Assembly (NCBI GenBank): GCA_965203555.1
Contig: CBDBCY010000004.1
Location: forward strand, 1,120,001-1,184,000
Length of the DNA: 64,000 nt
DNA from: Acidimicrobiia bacterium
GTDB lineage: Bacteria > Actinomycetota > Acidimicrobiia > Spongiisociales > ZC4RG35
Reading direction: 5' to 3'
Both the position numbers and the translations under genes were made by a program. The notes beneath the pieces were generated by a model. The model was not told where the DNA came from. It ran no database searches and saw only the letters and a program-made list of their open reading frames with translations. Shown in pieces: positions 41,360 to 49,833 of this stretch (its first letter is position 1; each line of letters starts with the position of its first letter).

Positions 41360-43927
41360 TTATTCCTCCCAGTTGGGATAGTCCTTGGGTGTACGTCGGT
41401 CCTTGGATGTACGTCGGTCCTTGGATGTACGTCGGGGCTCAAGTTGGTCACCGGGGTTGTCGTCGGGTTCGTTGTTGTCGTCTTCGTCATAGGGGTCCCA
41501 TCGCCAGGGCGGATCGGGATCTTTCCAAGGCGGATCGGGGTCGGGTATTGGAGGGTGGGGATCCCACGGCGGCGGGTCGGGATCTATGCATACAAACCAT
41601 TTCCTGCAAGGGTCAATCGGTGGTGGTGGGAGGCATTTGGCGCGTTGCTTGGCTGTAGATCGCCAGGTCCAATCACCGGGACTTTTCGCGCATGGGTCGA
41701 TGGGCGGTTTGATCGGTGGCCGTGTGGTGGTCGTGGTGGTCGTGGTCGGCGGTGGCCGTGTGGTCGTCGTGGTCGGCGGTGGCCGTGTGGTCGTCGTGGT
41801 CGGCGGTGGCCGTGTGGTCGTCGTGGTCGGCGGTGGCCGTGTGGTCGTCGTGGTCGGCGGTGGCCGTGTGGTCGTCGTGGTCGGCGGTGGCCGTGTGGTC
41901 GTCGTGGTCGGCGGTGGCCGTGTGGTCGTCGTGGTCGGCGGTGGCCGTGTGGTGGTCGTGGTGGGGCGGGGATCGTCGCTTGTTACGGTGGTCGAGGCGG
42001 ACCTTTTGGATCGGTTGATGTTGTAACCGTCCAGGTCGGCGGTGATCGTGGCGGTAACGGTTCCGTTCTGCTCATATTCGGTGTCGTTGTCGGTAAGACG
42101 GGAAAAGCTACCTTCGCCACTGTTGCCGATGTAGGCGGTTAGATCGTCTTCGCCGGTGGTTAGGAAAAGGCCGCGTTGTCGGAGTTCGACACTGACGGGA
42201 AGGGTCTTCCAGGGCGGGGGGCTGGCAGCGAGGGAAAAGCTAACGCTTCCGCCCTCTTTGACGCTGGCGCGGTCTGCGGAGATACTGACTCGGGGAACGT
42301 CGTTGTCTCTGACTCTGACGGTGGCTTGACCTGTTGTGTCGATCTGGTAATCCTGTGAGGGAACAATGATCGTGGCGGTGAAGGAACCGTGCGGTTCGTT
42401 AACCGAGTCGGGGATGGTCCCGATCGAGATTTCACCTTCGCTGGTGGAGGGGCTTATGCCGACCGTGAACTCTTCGCTGGTCCAGGTGGTGAAGCTGGGC
42501 GCGTGGTTGGCGTCGTCGCTTGCGTGCGTCACGATTACTTTCACATTGAGAATGGCGTTGTCGTGCAGTTCGGAACTGGTGACGGTGAAAACCGCGCGGG
42601 AACCCTCGGTGATCGTTCCGTTGCCGGATATGTTGACCTCTGGAAGTGGAACCTGGGGTCTGTCGGGTTTACAGAGAGCGCTTTCGGTTCTTCTACCGTC
42701 ACTGGGCTTTGATGGTGGGTACCCGTCTGGACAGTCGGGCGGGTCGCCTACCGATGATGTACCGAGGTCGCGTTTAGAAATGTCGCTGAAGTCCGTGTCA
42801 CCGTTGGCTAGCTTGTCTAAAGCCCAGCTGATGTACCATTCCCACAGTTCTTTTTGCTTGTCGTGGTCTTCTTTGATCTTCTTGTTTTCCCATTGGCAGT
42901 ATGTTTTGGTCCATCCGCGTAGATACCAGCAGCTCCGTTGCAGTGGGTTTCCTGATAACAGGTTTACGATGTTGGCCGCGATATTCTCGCTCTTGTCTTT
43001 ACAGGAGCTGTAGATAAGCGGGGGGACACTCAGTGTTCTGTCCTTGCCGCGGAATCTGTAGGGGATACTGGTGGCAGGAGTTTTGACAATGAAGCAGTCG
43101 CGCGTCACTTTGACGGTGGCCGATGACCTGCTACCGAGGCGGTAGCGACTGTCGGGTACGGTGTTCCAGTCGCTACTGCGTAGCTGTATCGAGGCGGTAA
43201 GGTCTTCGGAGCCGTCGGCGTCGTCGTTCTCGGAGGTCGCTACGCGGATGTAGGCGTATTTGCTGGTTCCGCTGTATAGGGTGACCTGCTGGAAGTAGTT
43301 GCTGTCTATGAAGCTCGGCGCTCCGGCGATCCAAACGTTCACTTTGAGGGTGGAGGAAGTGCGGGGTGTGGTGACCTTGAAGTAGGCGTACTCGCCCTCG
43401 GTTATCTGGTTTCCTGGCTCGCAGGGATCGCTACGAGGTGTTGGATACTCTTTACAGGTCTCGATGTTGACAACCGGATAGCGACTACCTCCGCCGATGG
43501 AATTAGAATTGGAATTGGAATTGGTGGAAAAGGAATCCGTGGAAAAGGAATCCGACGTCACCCGAGGCCTGGTGGTCGTCGTAGTCACCCGAGGCCTGGT
43601 GGTCGTCGTAGTCACCCGAGGCCTGGTGGTCGTCGTAGTCACCCGAGGCCTGGTGGTCGTCGTAGTCGTCGTGGTGGTGGTAGTTGTTGTGGTTGTGAGG
43701 GATGGCAGGCCGCACCGTTCCCTCCATTTGGCGTCCACTTCCGAGCCGGTCACGGCGTAAAAACTTCGACCGTCGGCCATCGTGTAGATGGTCCATTGTC
43801 CAATTTTCCTGATGCTGCATTCCTCAGCGGCGATTGCCGGTGTCGTTGTGGACATCGTAGCAGTCAACAGCCCGAGGGCGAGGGACAGCGCAATCGTCAC
43901 TGCGAGGACTCGTTTTCGGGTTGTCAT
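41360..43927 (-). CDS. Secreted/surface protein with Thr/Pro-rich repeats and Calx-beta-like domains
   Basis: Signal peptide MTTRKRVLAV...AIA. Three ITEG/VKEG...D.D.E..G..TA.I....Y units. Mucin-like stalks. Confidence 0.8.
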   Translation of the reverse strand: MTTRKRVLAVTIALSLALGLLTATMSTTTPAIAAEECSIRKIGQWTIYTMADGRSFYAVTGSEVDAKWRERCGLPSLTTTTTTTTTTTTTTTRPRVTTTTTRPRVTTTTTRPRVTTTTTRPRVTSDSFSTDSFSTNSNSNSNSIGGGSRYPVVNIETCKEYPTPRSDPCEPGNQITEGEYAYFKVTTPRTSSTLKVNVWIAGAPSFIDSNYFQQVTLYSGTSKYAYIRVATSENDDADGSEDLTASIQLRSSDWNTVPDSRYRLGSRSSATVKVTRDCFIVKTPATSIPYRFRGKDRTLSVPPLIYSSCKDKSENIAANIVNLLSGNPLQRSCWYLRGWTKTYCQWENKKIKEDHDKQKELWEWYISWALDKLANGDTDFSDISKRDLGTSSVGDPPDCPDGYPPSKPSDGRRTESALCKPDRPQVPLPEVNISGNGTITEGSRAVFTVTSSELHDNAILNVKVIVTHASDDANHAPSFTTWTSEEFTVGISPSTSEGEISIGTIPDSVNEPHGSFTATIIVPSQDYQIDTTGQATVRVRDNDVPRVSISADRASVKEGGSVSFSLAASPPPWKTLPVSVELRQRGLFLTTGEDDLTAYIGNSGEGSFSRLTDNDTEYEQNGTVTATITADLDGYNINRSKRSASTTVTSDDPRPTTTTTRPPPTTTTTRPPPTTTTTRPPPTTTTTRPPPTTTTTRPPPTTTTTRPPPTTTTTRPPPTTTTTRPPPTTTTTTTTRPPIKPPIDPCAKSPGDWTWRSTAKQRAKCLPPPPIDPCRKWFVCIDPDPPPWDPHPPIPDPDPPWKDPDPPWRWDPYDEDDNNEPDDNPGDQLEPRRTSKDRRTSKDRRTPKDYPNWEE
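41715..41963. repeat. 27-bp coding tandem repeat (TTTTTRPPP x8)
   Basis: Unit GTGGTCGTCGTGGTCGGCGGTGGCCGT, no spacers. Confidence 0.95.
43557..43697. repeat. 27-bp coding tandem repeat (TTTTTRPRV x4) plus poly-Thr
   Basis: Unit GTCACCCGAGGCCTGGTGGTCGTCGTA. Confidence 0.95.
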
Positions 43928-44654
43928 GTTTTGATCCTTCCGGTACTGGTGTTTTCGCGGGTTTGTTGTTTGGTTATTGGTGTCGCGTGTGGCGACGTGC
44001 TTTTGTCGGGCTCGAGCAGCGCTGGGTTTGTTTCGTCAAGACTTGGTCCGGGGACTTTCCGGCTGGCCTTTGAACGCGACCGGGTGACTGACCGGAGCCC
44101 CGGTTGCGGACCGATGCCGGCATGGCCGGCGATGTGGTGGGCTTGTTGATGCTGTCGAACAGGTGTTCTTGGAGGGTCCGGCAGTTCTATAGAGATCTGC
44201 TGGACTCGGCAGGTCGTCTGCGGTTTCACGATGCCATGCCCGACGGTGACGGTATGCCCGGCCATACAAGTCGGTGATCGGTCACTGGTTTTAGGGAGGA
44301 TCAGTCCGAAGACAGCCCGCAGGCGCGGGGCCGCGGTTGTGTCCTTACCGCCTGTTACCCCCGATGCCGGCCCCTTCTCGGAAGATGTCCCCAATCTGTA
44401 CCCTGGCGCCCTGCTGACCCCACCACCGAGAAGCACACCAAAAGACCCCCCCCCCCCCGCGATTCGCCCAACCAAGACCTGCGTTTCGTCTTGGGTTGCC
44501 TTCTCCAAAAACCTTGCCCACACCACGCCGCTTCTCCTACTGGTTGTTTAATCACCATAACAAAAGGGCGTGTGCTTTAAGGGCGTCGAACAGAAGCTAT
44601 AGCGGTGCATATCAGCATGATGTGGGTTTTCGGGCAAAAACGTGTGAGTTCTTA

Positions 44655-44822
44655 TGAGATCGGAGAAAGGACGCATGTGGACGATGCTGGCTGCGTAGCA
44701 GGCAGCCAATCTGGGGACTTCGCCAGTCTCCTCATAGAAATGTGTCTGCATGGGTCTGGACAGGGCCTGATCAAGGAAGCTGGTGCTACCCAGCCCGGGC
44801 CTGCCTCCGAATTCGGAATATG
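44655..44822 (-). pseudogene. Doc/Fic toxin fragment
   Basis: EFGGRPGLG...LDQALSRP...LAACYAASIVHMRPFSD. The HPFxDGNKR motif is degenerate and truncated. Confidence 0.7.
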
Positions 44823-45049
44823 GCCCGCTCGTAAATCCACCGATTTGCGGTTTGGGTGGCTGTGGTTGGTGTGACCGGGCCTGTTTCGGGTGGTTTTTGG
44901 CGGGCGGGTTTTGTTCTTTGGGGGCCGGTCGGGGTCTTGGTGGTGTGAACGGCCTGGGTGGGTGGCAGGGGAATTTGGAGCCATCCCCACCGGCACTGCC
45001 ACACCCCCCACTTATAACACGCATGGGGAATCTCGATGATCGACTCTGA

Positions 45050-46993
45050 CCGGAATTTGGCGGGTGGTTTGGTGTTTTGCCTGGTCAGGGGGCATGCGCG
45101 TAAAGGGTGTTTCCACTACATTCGGTGGGTTTGGACCCTTTTAGGGTTGGGTGATGGTGGTGTTGTCCCAGGTGCGGGTGTCCGACTCCGATAGCGGTGA
45201 GGGTCCGGGTTTGGAGGGGGGTGCGTCGGGTGGTGAGCGTGATCTGGTGCTTGTTGGTGGTCAGATTTCACCCGGCGGATGCGGTTGAGCATCCTTAGTG
45301 CCCGTGCGGCGGTGAGGTGTTGGTGGTTGAGGTCGGGATCCCGGACATCGCCTGTGGTGAGAGCGCGGGTGATGAGCGTTTCCATGAGGGCGGCGTAAAC
45401 ACAGACTGCCACATGTCCGCGGACTCGTTTTTCGGTCCAGTGTCGTATTGGTCGTAGTCGTAGGAAGTCTTTGAGGACCCGGAACCTGTTCTCGACTGTT
45501 TGCAACTGCCGGTAGGCGGCCACAATCTTGGGTGGTGTCGGCTTGGGCGGGTGTGAGACTGGTGGTGAGCACGTAACGACCCGCCAACAGCTTCTCATAG
45601 GCATGGTTGTCTTCGTTGTAGTGGTAAAGAAAACGACCCGGGCCGATCTCCAGATCGAACAGTCGCCCGACACGGCCTGTGCCGAGGATTCGTTGGGCGG
45701 CTCGGCCGATCTTGGCGGGGTCTTTGACCCCACCGGCGCGGACACGGCGTTCCAACGCCAACAACCGGGTCTCGGCTGCTTGGATGATCTGGGCGGTGCG
45801 TTGGGTGTCCCGCCGACAACGAGCGTCGGACTCGACCACCACCATGCGGGTACCGTCTGAGAGGACGATATCCGCCGCTCTCGTACCGGGTTGGGGCAAC
45901 TCCACCCATACCGTGTCCCGGTCAACAGCCGACAGCGCCCCGGCCGTGGCCGAATCGCGGCGTAGCCTGGTGGCCAACAGATGATCGTACCCGGCCCGGG
46001 CCACCGTTTCCAGATTGGAAGCTGACATGAGACCCCGGTCCGCTACCACACAGATCCGGCCCACCGCGAACCGCTTGGCCAAATCACCCAACACCCCGGC
46101 CAGGGTGGACGCGTCGTTGGTGTTACCCGCGAACACATGATGGGCTATCGGGATCCCATCGGTGGTGCACAACAGACCGATCACGATCTGGGGTCGGTCC
46201 GGACGATGATCCCGCGAATATCCGAACACCCGCGACGGAAACCCGTCGGAGGGTCGGGTGGAACCTTCGAAATAGGTAGACGTCAGGTCATAGCACACCA
46301 GCCGCAGCCCGAGATTGGTCAAATCGCACAACCGTCGATACAGATACTCCTCGGTCTCGGGTTTGACATCGGCCACCGCGTCCAGAGCCCGGTAATACTG
46401 GTCAAACGACGGCGCCGACCACCCGGCCGGCATGACCACGTCATCGGTTGTCCATTCGGGCAGGCGACGTTTGGAACAGGGATCCACCAGCCGGTTGGCC
46501 ACCATCGCGAACACCGCATCCTCCAAAGCCCCAGCACCGCGTCTTTTGCCTATTTGGGAGAAGAACCCGCCCAACTCCAGCTGGTCCCACACCGCTTCTG
46601 CGGCTGCTACCCCTCCCAGTGCCGGTGCCTGCTCGGCCGCTAACGCGTCGATATCGACGCGTTCTTTGTGCAGGTGGCGTTCCAACGCCGAAATGATGCG
46701 TCCCAGTTGCCCGGTATCGCGCAACGCGGTGACCTCTCCCAGGCGAAGAAGGGTCCGGTGACCGACCTTCGACCCTTTGCGGACCGATTCCACCAACGAC
46801 AGGTACTCATACACCTTGTCGCCCCTCCGACGGCGGGTCGTCTTAACGAACATACTCCACAAAACCCGCAACCCGTCCCACCAACACAATGTCGCCACTA
46901 CAACACCCTACGGAACCAGCCCCTCACAACACAAAACCCCAGATCAACACACCAATCACCCCCCACCAAACCCCCCGACCCGCCAAATTCCGG
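45050..46993 (-). mobile_element. IS1634-family element, full length (transposase 46853 to 45141, with 3' frameshifts)
   Basis: TIR CCGGAATTTGGCGGG; 5-bp TSD TCTGA at 45045 and 46994. Motifs YDLTSTYFEG, VADRG, VENRFRVLK and LRPIRH. Confidence 0.95.
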
Positions 46994-47218
46994 TCTGACA
47001 GGGGTGGAGCACTGTTAAGACTGAACAGGTCGGTGATGGACCGGGAGGGGTCGGGTAACTGTTCCACAAACAGGATCGGACCGCGACCTGCCCGGCCTGA
47101 GGGTCTTGCCATCACGGGCTATCTATTTGCGCCGACCTTCGCCGACCACCGGATTCTGTTTGGGTGCCGGCTCATGGACCACCCGGGCCGGCCCGCTACC
47201 GGTTTGGGTGAGGCCGCC

Positions 47219-47998
47219 TCACTCTGAAGCTGGTGACCTCCGACGGTTGGCGATGTAGGCGGCCGCGGAGCGCCGGCTCTCCGGGTCGGCGGAGATTGCC
47301 GCGAAGATGTCGGCATCGGCAATGCGTCCCCGGGCAGCCAGCATCTCCTCGGTAGCTTCCAACACGGTGCGCTTCACCGTTCGTAGAACCGCTCTGGGTT
47401 TGGCGCACAGGGTGGACACCAGTTCGTCGACGGTGCGATCGAGATCCGAGAGTGGCACCACCCGGTTCAGGAAGCCCGCCTGCTTCGCCTCCTGCGCGGT
47501 GAAGGGGCGGCAGGTCATTATCAGCTCTCTGGTCAGCGCGGGCCCGAACTCGCGGACCAGTCGGGGCACCCCTCCCCATCCCACCGGCAGTCCCAGATCT
47601 ACCTCGGGAATCGAGAAATAGGTGTCATCGGCCGCCACCCGCAGGTCACACGCGGCCGCCAGTACCAGACCGCCTCCCACGGCTGCTCCCCGCAGCGCCG
47701 CCACGGTAACCGCCGGGATCGAATCGAAGGCTTCCATCATGGCGCGGCCCGCCTCGCCCACCTCCCTCGGGTCGACGCCGTCCCCACCCCCGAGCAGACC
47801 CAGGTCGACTCCCGACGAGAACGCCCGGCCCCGTCCCCGAACGACCACAACCTTGGTCGACGACCGGTCCGCCACCTCTCTGGCCGCGGTTTCCAACGCG
47901 TTGAGAGTGGCCATGTCGAGCGAGTTGAGCGTGCGTGGCCGCTCGATGGTGATCACAGCCCGGTCATCGCGCGGATAGACGATGGAAACTTCTGTCAT
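47219..47998 (-). CDS. Enoyl-CoA hydratase/isomerase family protein
   Basis: RPRTLNSL, AFSSGVDL, AVGGGLVLAAACDLR and IPEVDLGL. True start is MTEVSIV. Confidence 0.9.
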   Translation of the reverse strand: MTEVSIVYPRDDRAVITIERPRTLNSLDMATLNALETAAREVADRSSTKVVVVRGRGRAFSSGVDLGLLGGGDGVDPREVGEAGRAMMEAFDSIPAVTVAALRGAAVGGGLVLAAACDLRVAADDTYFSIPEVDLGLPVGWGGVPRLVREFGPALTRELIMTCRPFTAQEAKQAGFLNRVVPLSDLDRTVDELVSTLCAKPRAVLRTVKRTVLEATEEMLAARGRIADADIFAAISADPESRRSAAAYIANRRRSPASE

Positions 47999-48111
47999 AT
48001 CGTGCCGAGGGTACCGCAGACCCTCCAAGGGCTGGACAGGGCGACCGCCGAACACAGACCGGCGATAACGGCCACCACCCCGGCTGCCCGCATCCATCGG
48101 TTCCGGCAAAA

Positions 48112-48258
48112 GGTAGTCTCTCAACTTCGTCGGGTGATGAGTGGTTGCCTTTCGGGAGTATCCGCAGTTTCGACATCCCGGTTTCCGGCTGCCCACAGGG
48201 CGCGGACAACGTCGAAGGCGTCCTCTACCGGAACGTTCAGGTCTTCTGAGGAGTGGAG
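48112..48258 (-). pseudogene. Internal/3' fragment of the alpha/beta hydrolase gene
   Basis: LHSSEDLNVPVEDAFDVVRALWAAGNRDV matches 53190-53280. Confidence 0.8.
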
Positions 48259-48284
48259 GACGGGCTGTGACACGGTGCCCGACT

Positions 48285-48632
48285 TCAGATGGCCAGGTGG
48301 AGCCGGAGAGCATCGTCGAGTCGGCCCATGAGATCAAGAGGCATGTGACCGATCAGGGCGCCGACCCTTTCAACAGCGACCGATCTCACCTGTTCGGCTT
48401 GTGCCTTGGCATCGCGGTCCAGACCGGTCTCGGCGGCGTCCAACAGTACTTGGAACGGGTAAACCCGTTTCGTGTTCGACGTGACGGGAACGACTGTGAC
48501 AACCCCACGTCCAAGCCGTGCCGCAGTCGTGTTCGCGCCGTCACTGCTGACTATCACAGCCAGTCGGATCCGGGCTGCTTCAACCCCGACCACGTTACCG
48601 AGGTTCACGACGCGGATTTCTCCGCGACGCAT
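48285..48632 (-). CDS. mazF: MazF/PemK-family toxin
   Basis: MRRGEI..V.L, R.AVIVS.D, VTVVPVTSN, YPFQVLL and AQAEQVRSV. Confidence 0.9.
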   Translation of the reverse strand: MRRGEIRVVNLGNVVGVEAARIRLAVIVSSDGANTTAARLGRGVVTVVPVTSNTKRVYPFQVLLDAAETGLDRDAKAQAEQVRSVAVERVGALIGHMPLDLMGRLDDALRLHLAI

Positions 48633-48638
48633 CAGCTG

Positions 48639-48851
48639 TCAAACCCCGTCGGCAGCGGTGGCATCCCACGCCTCTTTGTCACCATGATCGGCCCACTCGT
48701 CAAACGCCGCCGCGTAGTCCGATGACAACTCGGACAGGCGGAGAAGCCTTACCGCCCGCCGTACGGCAGCCGACCGGGACGCCCGGTGAGCACGGGAATA
48801 ACTGTCGAGAAACTCGAGATCTTCTCTGGACAGAGTGACGCTGATTCTCAT
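48639..48851 (-). CDS. mazE: RHH antitoxin (MazE9-like)
   Basis: MRISVTL...LEFLDSY...SRSAAVRRAVRLLR...Y.AAFDEW...WD.T..DG, directly upstream of mazF. Confidence 0.85.
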   Translation of the reverse strand: MRISVTLSREDLEFLDSYSRAHRASRSAAVRRAVRLLRLSELSSDYAAAFDEWADHGDKEAWDATAADGV

Positions 48852-49152
48852 ACCACTGATCCTGTCAACAGTAGGAAGACTGGTCGCACGACAACTGCCG
48901 ACGCGCTACCGCCCTGTACTTCCTCACTGCGATTCCTGCCGGCCGGATCGGTCGTTGTGACGGAGAGTGACAGCGGCGAATGTTGCCGGGATCACCCGTC
49001 GGCGGTGGCACCCGGTTGATGTCGTGGGGTTGATCCCCACGTCACCGTAGCTGTCCCAATCCCAAACACATACTGCTGGGTGGAAGGGCGCTTCGCAAAG
49101 GACCGCCCATGGCGCCATCCCCGCTGTCACCCGTACGCGACAACAACTGCAC

Positions 49153-49419
49153 ATGAGCATTGTCTCGCTCTCTGAGGCCCGCAAACAAGTCTCGAACAAC
49201 TACAGAGCCTTTATCGGGATGCTGCCCTCGCTCTTGGAGGAACATCATGGCCAATGGGTTGTCCTGCGTGACCAGGAAGCGATCAAGGTACTTGCTACGG
49301 AGGTGGACGCCTACCACTACGCGACGAGCGAATTCCCGGACGAGCGATGGTCGATACAACACATCCGTGACCAGAACGCGATCAGGATGGGGTCCTTCAG
49401 CCGTGCGCCTCGTCATTGA
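49153..49419 (+). CDS. Small DUF5678-like protein
   Basis: NY.AF...LP.LL..H.GQWVVLRD pattern, upstream of a retropepsin-like gene. Confidence 0.55.
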   Translation: MSIVSLSEARKQVSNNYRAFIGMLPSLLEEHHGQWVVLRDQEAIKVLATEVDAYHYATSEFPDERWSIQHIRDQNAIRMGSFSRAPRH

Positions 49420-49779
49420 GGATCCGGTCGACAACACCGGCGCGATAATGGAAGGGGTCACGTTGGTCGGCAAACACCCGCGACCGCCAGTGCACTGATC
49501 GATACCGGATGAACGACCACGGCGATTTCAGAAAACTTCGTGCCGCACCTGGGAATTGTCCCTCATGGAACAGAACAGGTACAAACCGCTGATGGCATCG
49601 TTGACGCAGATGCCTACTACGTCAAGGTCGGGTTGCCTGGTCCGCCATTCACCATCCGCGCCATCGAGTTGAGGGACATGGGCATTGACATGCTTTTGGG
49701 AATGAATATCATTCGTCTCGGTCTGCTGCTAATCACCGAGACCCGTTTCATGTTTACCTTGGAAGAACCGACCAGCTAA
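49403..49779 (+). pseudogene. Retropepsin-like (clan AA) aspartic protease, disrupted
   Basis: ALIDTG*TTTAIS (TGA at 49510), VQTADG and DMLLGMNII. The 5' part lies in a different frame. Confidence 0.7.
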
Positions 49780-49833
49780 GGCAACATCTCCCCTGGGTTT
49801 GATGTAGGTCGGCTGAAAGAGCTGTATGGCTGG

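Noticed and set aside
41715-41963. Possible CRISPR array
   Set aside because: Head-to-tail 27-bp units with no spacers, in frame within a CDS, and no cas genes.
43924-44526. 200-aa ORF coupled to the surface-protein gene
   Set aside because: Its stop overlaps the ATG, but the composition is not protein-like and it spans a poly-C tract.
44822-44982. G/T-skewed segment upstream of the doc fragment as a MITE
   Set aside because: It looks like an IS end, but no convincing TIR pair or TSD could be defined.
47999-48337. N-terminal extension of the 372-aa enoyl-CoA hydratase ORF call
   Set aside because: It overlaps mazF and a hydrolase scar. The paralogous fragment also starts at MTEVSIV.
8288-49512. 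In-frame TGA codons (8288, 49510) as selenocysteine or recoding
   Set aside because: Both genes carry other lesions, TGA is a normal stop throughout the window, and no SECIS was recognised.
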